Part shown: positions 10,401-16,186 of the stretch, one piece after another
Position numbering within the stretch: position 1 is the first letter of the stretch
How the letters are laid out: every line of letters starts with the position of its first letter
From: an uncultured Methanosarcinales archaeon
Lineage (GTDB): Archaea; Nanobdellota; Nanobdellia; Woesearchaeales; UBA11576
Direction of reading: 5' to 3'
DNA: 28,757 nt
NCBI GenBank assembly: GCA_964572875.1
Contig: CAZNGE010000008.1
Coordinates: 5,753-34,509 of the forward strand
The notes under the pieces: model-generated
Told to the model about the DNA's origin: nothing
Databases searched by the model: none
The model's input: only the letters and a program-made list of their open reading frames with translations
Position numbers and translations under genes: made by a program

Positions 10401-10553
10401 TCCAGGACTATTCCTGACCTTCCTGAGCAGCCCTTCTGATTCAGGCTTCCTGTCTATCAGGTCGTTCACCCTGCTCAGCTCAGAGTTCAGCTTCTCGATG
10501 TCTCTATCGACAACCATCGACTTTCTCTTTCCTCTTCTTGCTGTCCTGCTCAT
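1473..10553 (-). CDS. Giant (3026 aa) glycosylated cell-surface/adhesin-like membrane protein. Predicted layout: N-terminal cytoplasmic segment and TM anchor; a huge extracellular region with Ig-like tandem repeats, a LamG/concanavalin-like domain, a poly-Gly linker and a Cys-rich triple repeat; three C-terminal TM helices; a Pro/Ala/Lys-rich cytoplasmic tail.
   Basis: A single uninterrupted ORF. It carries dozens of N-x-S/T sequons. A LamG_3-like signature is present (FTISAWVKV...WYHVVGRF...VSLWVNG). There are ~95-aa repeats containing the motif LYRNGT (DNA repeats near 4005, 5397 and 5639). A Gly13 run is encoded at 2972-3003, flanked by CxxC-rich modules (WxC..WG.C.....Q.RAC, three copies). 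TM helices are encoded around 2270-2560 and 10330-10390. The low-complexity PAK-rich tail is encoded at 1473-2270. The start overlaps the upstream regulator stop by 4 bp. Confidence 0.85.
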   Translation of the reverse strand: MSRTARRGKRKSMVVDRDIEKLNSELSRVNDLIDRKPESEGLLRKVRNSPGSITNYGRIQNHPLMQKEVLFALILLIITAGLFFMHGGITAWIVGGDQYTTYVQHIGANITESQEMTWRLESHPDSFSLRSVKLTGHLKGTGNAKAYLEDSDGRRYLLLDEDTVQKQAITQVTAFAILAGELAEDGNNTENITEDNSTAGNRTEEETVEEEIPAEEVPEDLLGDLSSVDEQAAEVDVPPEEREITTVLRYNMGTLWDEDNDGTEFIEDGVVDLTVEGTGFNWPVDESKLCTKWTVSSIDDGIDTTVCNGAADCCMLAGVAPEEPDWNTPLYVFHGKYGATDNNTVTAQVVFLNQSLSGDVYFESTVGTASSLPVEFVPKETFDFADVCVQTCSLPDGLDADEYTLVFELDDRVELYIENITYSVENLTVDITENETANLTASLTMANATNVSYEKVKTDIRYDAIVDATAYDNETDTLIVIFHHDSFTPLPILVKGRVDYTLDKNISSYGENVTLTITNWSDRMFRIAVGSHTEVLEFGRARQIKFRGRILDSRGRGISARITFRDSLTEEVVAEKTDAEEEKTIDEGEYDIRAEFEDGSHIKEILIDNVDIYDNITSFINVEDVNETEKNLTEYAEVYAIDPTAFNFTNATVTVTATGTVLYKCTSWNFTTQECVISPEDCEPDRGTCNTIQGWQEVMTLTPGQDYSFTLTPDDPGFAEGSPSSGTPDDGGLTSSGTGYDISGGSHASTQTDDSAYYYVGRGNSEEGDDLGAYIELEYDISSLGISPADITKLNFTINYCHSGDETNPVCGQSDPQEGSTNGAQNVELYNWTSSSWVDIGDITVYANDNQQWGSWMVTSGFEDYVDSSDWIKVRYETDIALSSGWDAAFLVDYAPLTVTYEATSGGISFDAASSATGTGSLSFSHTVGSDDNRILIVGVAAESNGASVAADTCRATSVTYDGTGLTKAAGYDLDDGADQCVSLWYLLAPASGTANIQVSFAGTVRESNAGGISIYNASQHAPEATNTNYATGNPSSITTSITTLTDGAWVIDAVGSGDVGAFSTTQSNTERWDVGSSTSQGAGSTKEVSTAGPTNMGWSQSANRLVHVLAAFAPASSNSAPTHTTPLLSSSGGTNTTDEDITIYNQSTYDADSDSVKNIINWYRNSTPIAVLNMPFEDISDPATDYSGQSNTGAVSGATWTETGGHDGSGAYNFDGTSDYINLGTPSELNFAGNSSFTISAWVKVMGNTDTHRPIVVKGDTQYTLKIYTNNTFETCAYDGGWECAYSQSALTEDVWYHVVGRFDNANVSLWVNGTYQSSTTHTGITTNGYNVNIGRDPENPTRLFNGNIDDVQIFDRALSAEQIQALHQGRTDLIVSQETSVGDVWYADVTPNDGTEDGTAKSSNTLTIVEEVDETPPATVTSLSESAIGWTWIQWNWTNPGDADFDSAILYLNGSNIANTSSNGYNFTGLEGFTKYQLIVHTKDADGNVNTTDVSDNALTLDHIAPQYSNIVDQNNSEYAAGGLYQFNITWTDNVNVNSVTFEFDGTNYTDASNSGEVYYKTLSDLATGSYTYRWFANDFLSNENQTGDITFVISERAAELTLTATPGWSSTYGTGVTVNCTTTDEGVTPQLYRNGTPVSIPDVQTLGAGSHGYTCNSTSTQNYSAGSTSNTSIVSKASTTMSISASPSWNETYGTQTTVNCSADNNEVTPQLYRNGTLVSIPNVQTLAAKQHIYVCNASATQNYSASTISNTTTINKAASAVNLLLNGTDGNISIEVGNLVNETGSLVTGDILIELYEGGVLVNSGSSPVTNLTQYSTLGAFNVSAVYPESENYTASSETHWVTVQDTTEPAVILISPADNETTASQTQGFTFNLTDNYYSTASCTLYLDDAASGTNSSVSAGVSTTITNTSLPEGVHSWYANCTDGSSNNGGSSTRTLNIDLTAPNITIAMPLDGKTAGYIVNLQATPTDSVAGVASVWYEIKNSSGASVASDTLTAPNYQDSWNSSSEADGEYTFIVYSNDTVGNLGNSSSIFNLSNTQPYIEITTPASGTDWSSGFNLNITYQDDELSTVVYNITNSTGDIVQSNSTINLNTTSYKFNDPVEVPSIGFGSFTITAYANDSTGYETTETRNFTTSKAASVVSLLLNGTSSNMTIERTTAANLTAIRVTGTGPMQLYRNGALLGSGTTVSDLSAYDAEAVYNITAYYPETQNHSSSRQTYWLTVDDTIPPGSVTDLLLLNKGQNYLYWVWTNPTDSDFYRAEVWLNGAYKTSTANEYYYATGLNHSTLYTISIRPVDTSGTKGAWVNDTERTSFACNENWVAAYSACNLNDTRVKTYNDTAGCGTNYTTPTDNNTIVSCDCVVSTSFYGDTTNLTGNDLSDLQDVVLDNMAYGKIEFTENITITRCLDLDTYVRIGQDYAHISSSALPEFNKSANITLYGINFTSPRIMVDGSVCSSSVCAQINYSGGTFIFNVTHFTNYSVEEGPYCGDGSCNGVETCGSCALDCGSCGSPGGGGGGGGGGGGSARQEEACAPNWLCYSWGPCENNFQSRACFDANACNNDTDKPATERVCVSGCAERWACEDWGKCSEAGVQTRACNDLGRCGTDNRKPETVQPCYYDFCTDGKMNNNETGVDCGGSCRDCTPQELEELARRNLLTGEAITVQPYEPPNPLYIMPLILMLVLLVAVIALHKAKLSYRMKKIITAVHVLLIISIVFMLIVTFNVPEVTGRAVSSMVDTTGISGALLIIIVSVLMVGGFAYVAVTRGMPDLQGLEQYYSKSKYWAGYAIQKIKWSAKRKKQLKEIKVELDSGATSDEKPQQMFEGITQEIDRLNIKVEQTKKEEKPPAKPVQEQLQKPVKKDTAPASKPAVKPPVQAVKPIAPKTIARPITKPAARPVTRPATLTRQIIKPSTKPTTITKPAARPARPAAAPPPRTVAPPARKVVVELIRPKPAAPASAAPTAPARPAVQRPMQKPAPLQKPKEAAKPMKPIDPLAAKFGTDDPLKIAEAILKNRSRNDRDE

Positions 10554-11014
10554 TTCGCTATTGCTGTCCTCTTCCTCTTCGTCCTCATGTAGACTGTTGA
10601 GACTGTCTTGTCTGACCTGTTGAGTATGACCGCTATCTGGTGGTTTGTCATGTTGGCCTTGTCGCGCAGGTACTCGACTACCACTTCCAGTATCGATAAT
10701 GACCTGTCCTTCACCACAGAAAGAGGGATCTGCACCAGGGGCGATTTCTTCACTGACATCTCCTCGGTCTCATCCCTTTTTCTCCTTGCCCTGCTGTACA
10801 GTGTCCAGATGTTCCTCTCATCCCTGTTGGTGAGCATGCCTATCTCATGGTATGAGAAGTTCAGCTGCTCCTTGAGGTATTCGACCAGGGACTCAAGAAA
10901 GCTCAGTGATCTGTCGCAGAATATTGTGGTGGGTATGAGTATCTGGGACTCAGAAAAAGCCTCTTTTATGATTCTCTCTTCACTAAAGCCGCTGATAGCG
11001 GCTTCTTTTTCCAT
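10550..11014 (-). CDS. Tandem helix-turn-helix DNA-binding protein (two sigma-70 region-4 / HTH_10-like modules), the first gene of the giant-protein operon.
   Basis: The module appears twice: IP..I..DRSLS.LE..VEYL.......EI..L.NR...T.....RA.RKR. The gene is translationally coupled (ATGA overlap) to the giant gene. Confidence 0.6.
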   Translation of the reverse strand: MEKEAAISGFSEERIIKEAFSESQILIPTTIFCDRSLSFLESLVEYLKEQLNFSYHEIGMLTNRDERNIWTLYSRARRKRDETEEMSVKKSPLVQIPLSVVKDRSLSILEVVVEYLRDKANMTNHQIAVILNRSDKTVSTVYMRTKRKRTAIAK

Positions 11015-11103
11015 TTTAAGCCCTAAATTCCTCTTTTTTTTCTGTAATTACTTCAAAAGCTCTCAAAAAACAAAAATAATCGCTTTTGGGCTTGTTTGTT
11101 TCG

Positions 11104-11316
11104 TCTTACTATGTATGTATATTGTCGATAAATATGTTTTGGATCACGAATTTCAGGCTATCTTTCCTACCATGTGTGTTAATAGATATAAAAATGTTTC
11201 TCTTTATGTCTTACTATGTATGTATCTAACGTAGATTGATTCTTACTATGTGTGTATTTTATCTTACTATGTATGTATATGCTGTTTTCCGAGCGATTCG
11301 TCTTACTATGTATGTA
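11104..11316. promoter_or_regulatory. Array of five direct repeats of the 16-bp motif TCTTACTATGT(A/G)TGTA in the promoter region of the regulator/giant-protein operon.
   Basis: Copies lie at 11104-11119, 11209-11224, 11241-11256 (G variant), 11262-11277 and 11301-11316. Copies 1 and 5 share the extended form TTCGTCTTACTATGTATGTA. I did not see the motif elsewhere in the window. Confidence 0.7.
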
Positions 11317-11378
11317 TCAATTGTAGGAAAAAGGTGTGCAGCCGAATCCTGCGCAATAGACTGAGAAATGAGTGCTGT

Positions 11379-12221
11379 TCAGGCGATGAGCGGCGTTACG
11401 AATACCTCGACCATCGCAGCCAGGAACAGCACTATGACTGAGATTGTTATGATGTCTGTCGAGTCCAGCAATGATGTCTTGAACCTGTCCGAATTGAAGT
11501 CGTGCCTTATCACTGCTATGGACAGTATGCCTCCTGCAAGCGCGCCTACAAAATACGCCACGATCTCGAGCACCCCATGAGTCAGGTACTTCAGCACCCC
11601 TAATGATATTATGTGCGAGTATGTGGCTATGTTAGGCCCGAGATGGCTCATTATGCTGTTCCTGATGAATATGCCGATGGCCGCAGCCACTACAGAGGCG
11701 TTCCATGTCAGGATGAATATAGAGCCTGCACCGAAGAAGAATGAGAGCAGGAAGCAGAATATGAGTATCTTGAGGTTGTTGAGCATTATCCCTCCGACGC
11801 TCTTGAAAGAGGCCATGAAATTGCCTGTCGGGCTGCCTGATGATATCGAGGATATCGTGTTGATCTGTATGCTGAAGACGTCCTGCACAGTGTTGGTGGG
11901 CAGGAGCACGAAGAATAGCAGGAAGGCGGTGACAAATCCGAGGAACAGGAAAGTGAATGCGCTGACTGCCTTGCTATGCTCCTTTATCAGCCAGCTCTCT
12001 TTCTGTGGCGTGTCATCCTTCCTTGCCTCGACAAGGATGGTGTTGTATACCAGCGGCACAGCGCATATCGCAGTCAGCGTGACCATGACTATGCTTACAT
12101 ACTCCTTGAAGACCCAGTAGCTCAGGAGGAAAGCGAAAGCTGCATATACTATGCCAAGGAAGAAAAGTTCCCAAGGCTCTTTCTCGGCTTTTTTTGGGTT
12201 CAGTAAGGATTCCAGAACCAT
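11379..12221 (-). CDS. SpoIIM/DUF95-family polytopic membrane protein, ~280 aa.
   Basis: The protein has 6-7 TM helices and a conserved THGVLEIVAYFVGALAGG motif, which matches the PHGxxEIPA signature of the SpoIIM family. The ORF track extends the start to 12344. I prefer the ATG at 12221 (MVLESLL...) because a plus-strand TATA box at 12313-12320 lies inside the extension. Confidence 0.55.
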   Translation of the reverse strand: MVLESLLNPKKAEKEPWELFFLGIVYAAFAFLLSYWVFKEYVSIVMVTLTAICAVPLVYNTILVEARKDDTPQKESWLIKEHSKAVSAFTFLFLGFVTAFLLFFVLLPTNTVQDVFSIQINTISSISSGSPTGNFMASFKSVGGIMLNNLKILIFCFLLSFFFGAGSIFILTWNASVVAAAIGIFIRNSIMSHLGPNIATYSHIISLGVLKYLTHGVLEIVAYFVGALAGGILSIAVIRHDFNSDRFKTSLLDSTDIITISVIVLFLAAMVEVFVTPLIA

Positions 12222-12312
12222 GCTGTATACTTTCTCAATCGGGTTTAAATAGATTTCGATTGGATTGACGGCGAGCGCGTTGCGGCGCAGCAGCAGCAAT
12301 GACAGGGAAAAC

Positions 12313-12320
12313 TTTATAAG
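12313..12320 (+). promoter_or_regulatory. TATA box (TTTATAAG) with an A-rich BRE-like upstream sequence, for the divergent small gene at 12361.
   Basis: The sequence is ...GGGAAAACTTTATAAGTG... about 45 bp upstream of the ATG at 12361. The same 10-mer core CTTTATAAGT recurs at 21886, upstream of another gene. Confidence 0.45.
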
Positions 12321-12360
12321 TGATTTATGTGTGGGGGTCACCAATCAAAAGAAGGTGAAA

Positions 12361-12591
12361 ATGGATAAGCGCAGAAGAAGATTGTTTATATGCCTAATAC
12401 TTATATTTGTCTTGACCACGATAGCTTTTCTTCTCTCTCTTTTCGGCAAAGGCGGGACTGCGCCAGGGATATCAGGGGCGGCGGTCACAGGTTCGCCAGG
12501 CATAGGCTCACCTGTCTGGACAATCTATCTTCCAGGCGTGGCATTCCTTGGCATAATGATAGTGACTATATGGTATCTTGAGAAGAAGTGA
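12361..12591 (+). CDS. Small (77 aa) two-TM membrane protein.
   Basis: The ATG is preceded by AAGGTGAAA. The product MDKRRRRLFICLILIFVLTTIAFLLSLF...IYLPGVAFLGIMIVTIWYLEKK has two hydrophobic helices. The TTG-extended version starting at 12265 overlaps the promoter and is unlikely. Confidence 0.45.
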   Translation: MDKRRRRLFICLILIFVLTTIAFLLSLFGKGGTAPGISGAAVTGSPGIGSPVWTIYLPGVAFLGIMIVTIWYLEKK

Positions 12592-12673
12592 TCATCTATA
12601 TGCGGCTAGCTATTCATTATGGTTTCATTCTCCCATCTTCTGTCCATTGTTGTTTTCTGTGTTGTCTGACCGC

Positions 12674-12820
12674 TCAGTTCGGTCTTGAAAGGTCCATGTA
12701 ATCGAGGTCTTCATCATTCATCACTATCTCCCTTATGATCTCCACCCTTGCCTTTGACTTGGGCAGGGTGTATATGTACCGTTCCCATTCTATATTTGGG
12801 CCGCCTTCATGGATATGCAT
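12674..12820 (-). CDS. Possible small (48 aa) acidic protein.
   Basis: A perfect SD (GGAGGT) with a 6-nt spacer precedes the ATG: ggaggtagcatcATGCAT. The product is MHIHEGGPNIEWERYIYTLPKSKARVEIIREIVMNDEDLDYMDLSRPN. There is no homology support. Confidence 0.25.
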   Translation of the reverse strand: MHIHEGGPNIEWERYIYTLPKSKARVEIIREIVMNDEDLDYMDLSRPN

Positions 12821-13752
12821 GATGCTACCTCCGGAATGCAGGCTATGCGACAAAGACAACAAAATCATCAAACAAAATCATCAAACGCGCCCGCACCCCT
12901 GAATTTACCCATATATTAATGGTCAACCAGCTATTTAAATGTTGCTGTGATTTCGGGGTTTGTTGCGGGGTTGCTTTTGTTCTGTTTCCGCATGATTCCC
13001 TTGCCATAAAAAATATATAAAACGATTTATTAACCAACCCGTGATTTTTTCCGCATTTATTGCAAAAGATTTCAGCAACTGTTCAAAACTTTACCTAAAA
13101 CACCAATTTCCGTGATTATTACAACCATTTTTTCACAGCATTTTCCGTGCTTTGTTCGATTTGCATTTTGATTTGTTTATTTCAAACATTTTTTATCAAA
13201 AAACTATTTTCTATATGGATAAGTTTTAAATAGTAAAAAAGACATAGTTACTATTGGGGTCGGAGCAAGATAGCTTTCAAAGCAGTTTCATAATCCAATC
13301 GGTAAAAAGGAAGGTGTTGACTAAGCGCAGAACCGAACCTCGCAAGGGTCTTGTTCTTAGTCAAGCAGGTGATACAACATGGGGAAAACACTGACCACGA
13401 TAGCTGCAGCTGTGCTGGCACTGACTATGGGTGCTCCACACTCAGGCTGCACAAACGAGAAACCGATCCGGCCTACTGGTTCTCATGCAGAATATCCTGT
13501 TCCTTTTTTGAGAAAGCTGAGGAAAAAGATCTGCCCGGCAGCAAGCTGGGCGCAGATACAGGTGATAGATGAGGTGATGTCCGGAGCATCGAAAAGAGGT
13601 GCCGGAACTTCATATTTACGGGGCAGGGAGGCGCACTCAACGTTTGTTCTCCAAGCAAAGCGGCTTCGTCGCTTTGCGAGTATCGCCCGGAAAACATCCT
13701 CCCGCCCCGTACCTTATGCTCGTTGAGTTTGAGAAGATGAGAGAGAGATACC

Positions 13753-16140
13753 ATGGCCAGAACAACCAAACCCGCTAACGATGGAAAGCTTGAGGACATC
13801 GTCGCCGAAGCGCCGAAGGATGCCGAAGCGCCGAAGAGGTCCCGGGTGGCGTACATAAGCGAGGTCGCTTACGACACAGAGTATTTTGAGAGGCCTGACT
13901 CGCAGCAGGCATACAGCAACCTTCTTGAGTTCCTGTCGCAGGACAGGAGCGTGACCGGCATACTCATAGACGGAGCCATAACAAGGCTTGACCGGCCCGA
14001 GTTCCTCAACGAACGTCTCACGTACTGGGACAAGTCAGAGGAAGAGTGCCGCGAGGCCACAGAGCAGATACCGAACAGCGACCAGTACATGACCATGATG
14101 AGGACGCAGCTCAGCATAGTTGATGAGAGGCTAAGGGAGCTGAGGCAGCGGGTCCCCCACGCCAGGCAGATAACATTCTCGCTCCATTCTGACGATCTCC
14201 AGTACACGGCTTCCGCGATGCTCAATGAGCTGCTGATAAGGAAGCAGGCCAGGATAGGCGACAAGATAGAGAAGCTCAAGGTGAAGAAGAAGGACCTAAA
14301 GAAGAAGAGGACAGCTTTCGAGAGGGATTTCAAGAAGCTCAAGGGCAAGCGCGGCGGGGCGAGGGACCGGGCCACCCTGAAGAGGAAGATCAACACCTGC
14401 ACCACGAAGGTCGATAACATAGAGGAGAAGCTCACAGACTTATATGAGGAGCAGCAGCTCTACAGGGAGAAGAAGGTAAGGCCCATACACCAGCACACCA
14501 CCAATACGTTCTTGCAGAGAATATACAGTATGTATAAGGGCATCTGCGACAAGTACGGTGTAAGGCTCGTCACAGGCGAGGATAAGCTGGTCTTCGACGA
14601 CCACCTGACTATAGACTACTCGCACAGCAGGCACAAGACCTGGCATCCTGTCAAGGGCCGGGACAAGAATCTGGTCAAGGAGGTGCATGGGGAGCTCAGG
14701 AAGCTCAAGGGATCAGGTATCGACGTGAAGCTTGAGAGCGGCCATTTCGGCATGGGTTTCAAGCAGCTCCAGAAGCTGATGGACTCTCCTGAAGAGAATA
14801 ATTTCCTGAACCAGTCTGATTACGTGTCAAAGACCTGCGATGAGCATATAACCGTAGTGCTGGCGCTGCCGTTCGAGAACACTGCTGCTATAGGCGAGTA
14901 CTGCAAGGGCAGGAAAGCGATAAGGATGAGCGGCGGAAAGCCGATGAGCACGAGGAAGACAGCTGCCACAGACAGGTACTACAATGGCGGCGTGTCAGGA
15001 CTTACGATCATAGAGAAGGACGAGCAGGGAATAGTCAGGACAGACTGGATACAGTACCAGAACTTTGTCGACGGCGCTGTTCTCAGGCAGCCTGAGGAGT
15101 ATTCCATGATTGCGGCTTCTTCAGACGAGCACATGAGGTCGCCTGAATCCAACCCTATAGTCACTGACGGCTGGGTCGAGCGTTTCAAGAGCCTTGTAGC
15201 AGAAGGGACGGTCCTGCGGGGAAGGAAGGCGTTCGTGAAAGGCTATCTCAATGCAGGAGACATGGGAGAGGCGAACTCAAGGAAATGGCGCCATCTGTAT
15301 CATCATCAGCGGGCTCCTGAAGAGGTCATGGACGAGAACATCAGGCTTCTTGCAGATTTCCATCCTGAGAGCATAGATGAGGTGATAGCTCTCGCTATCA
15401 GGAAGACGAATGACTCGATGGGTGGCAGTGTCGAGAGCATGGATGACATACTTGACAGCGTCGCGGATTACCTGGAGAGGTTTCTCGACCCTCTGCTGGC
15501 CGGCAGCATGCTCAGGCATCTGCTTGCAGTGACGGAAGGCAACCATTCAGGGGATATACTGCGCGATCTCGGACTGCGCGAGACCAATTTCTTCAGGCAG
15601 CGCCTCAAGGCAAAGGGGCTGAAGCCGTTTGAGGTAGGTAAGCCCGGCTACATGCAGGACATGGAGAATGCCCGTGTCGTGCTAGGCGGGTACAGCAACG
15701 CACGCATATTCCAGATAACTGATTACGGCATGGGTGTAGACGGCAGGCCGATGTTCGGACCGATAAATCTTGTCGTGCAGCACGACCCGAAAGGCTCGGG
15801 TATGGGCGGGGTCATAGGCGCCGGGAAGAATGCTGGCGCAGACCTTTCGATAGGAGGGCACACGCATGACAATGTGCTGAAGCTCTATAAGACAGATGAT
15901 AACCAGTTCGGCGTCGCGTATAAGCTAGCCACCATGCAGGGGGTCTCGCCCACAGAGAAGTATTACGCATCCTCAGTGCCCCGGACGCAGGCGGCCCAGG
16001 AGCTGGTGATGCCGATGCCAGGCGACTTCAGCGAGAAGACGATACCTGTAGGCTATCTGCGCGACGAGGGCATGGCCGCCATCCGCAGGAAGGCAGAGGC
16101 GCATCTCAAGAAGAGGAAGGGCTGCAAGTGCAGGAGCTGA
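13753..16140 (+). CDS. Large (795 aa) Mre11/SbcD-like calcineurin-fold phosphoesterase homolog. Its N-terminal motifs I and II are degenerate, and a ~480-aa insertion containing a Lys-rich coiled coil is present.
   Basis: The N-terminus RVAYISEVAYDTEYF...VTGILIDGAITRLDRPE aligns in pattern to Mre11 KFAHLADIHLGYEQF...VDFILIAGDLFHSSRPS, but the metal ligands are replaced (DxH becomes ExA, GDxxH becomes DGxxT). Motifs III (TEGNHSGD), IV (VVQHD) and V/VI (GGHTHD) lie in the C-terminal third. The central segment KIEKLKVKKKDLKKKRTAFERDFKKLKGKR...EEKLTDLYEEQQLYREKK is predicted to form a coiled coil. Confidence 0.5.
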   Translation: MARTTKPANDGKLEDIVAEAPKDAEAPKRSRVAYISEVAYDTEYFERPDSQQAYSNLLEFLSQDRSVTGILIDGAITRLDRPEFLNERLTYWDKSEEECREATEQIPNSDQYMTMMRTQLSIVDERLRELRQRVPHARQITFSLHSDDLQYTASAMLNELLIRKQARIGDKIEKLKVKKKDLKKKRTAFERDFKKLKGKRGGARDRATLKRKINTCTTKVDNIEEKLTDLYEEQQLYREKKVRPIHQHTTNTFLQRIYSMYKGICDKYGVRLVTGEDKLVFDDHLTIDYSHSRHKTWHPVKGRDKNLVKEVHGELRKLKGSGIDVKLESGHFGMGFKQLQKLMDSPEENNFLNQSDYVSKTCDEHITVVLALPFENTAAIGEYCKGRKAIRMSGGKPMSTRKTAATDRYYNGGVSGLTIIEKDEQGIVRTDWIQYQNFVDGAVLRQPEEYSMIAASSDEHMRSPESNPIVTDGWVERFKSLVAEGTVLRGRKAFVKGYLNAGDMGEANSRKWRHLYHHQRAPEEVMDENIRLLADFHPESIDEVIALAIRKTNDSMGGSVESMDDILDSVADYLERFLDPLLAGSMLRHLLAVTEGNHSGDILRDLGLRETNFFRQRLKAKGLKPFEVGKPGYMQDMENARVVLGGYSNARIFQITDYGMGVDGRPMFGPINLVVQHDPKGSGMGGVIGAGKNAGADLSIGGHTHDNVLKLYKTDDNQFGVAYKLATMQGVSPTEKYYASSVPRTQAAQELVMPMPGDFSEKTIPVGYLRDEGMAAIRRKAEAHLKKRKGCKCRS

Positions 16141-16186
16141 TACGGTCTTATGGTAATGTTCAACGACTTCGCTAAAGGTGTATTTT

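Noticed and set aside
11250-11441. A 63-aa plus-strand ORF spanning the 16-bp repeat array.
   Set aside because: It is composed largely of the repeated motif itself (Cys/Tyr-rich from TATGTATGTA) and has no RBS. The repeats are better explained as regulatory DNA.
12222-12344. A 41-codon N-terminal extension of the SpoIIM-like ORF, and the TTG-started extension of the small plus gene back to 12265.
   Set aside because: A TATA box (TTTATAAG, 12313-12320) and BRE-like sequence lie inside both extensions. The shorter starts at 12221 and 12361 give a conventional divergent promoter layout.
13379-13726. A 115-aa ORF with SD AGGTGA and a signal-peptide/lipobox-like N-terminus.
   Set aside because: The body is Arg/Ser/Ala-rich with implausible composition and is overlapped by an equally long antisense ORF. 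It is kept only as a possibility inside the ncRNA/regulatory finding.
13258-13752. Considered whether this region is RNase P RNA or SRP (7S) RNA.
   Set aside because: No GGAAAGUCC-type P4 motif, other universal RNase P core sequences, or SRP helix-8 signatures could be found by eye. Left as an unassigned candidate.
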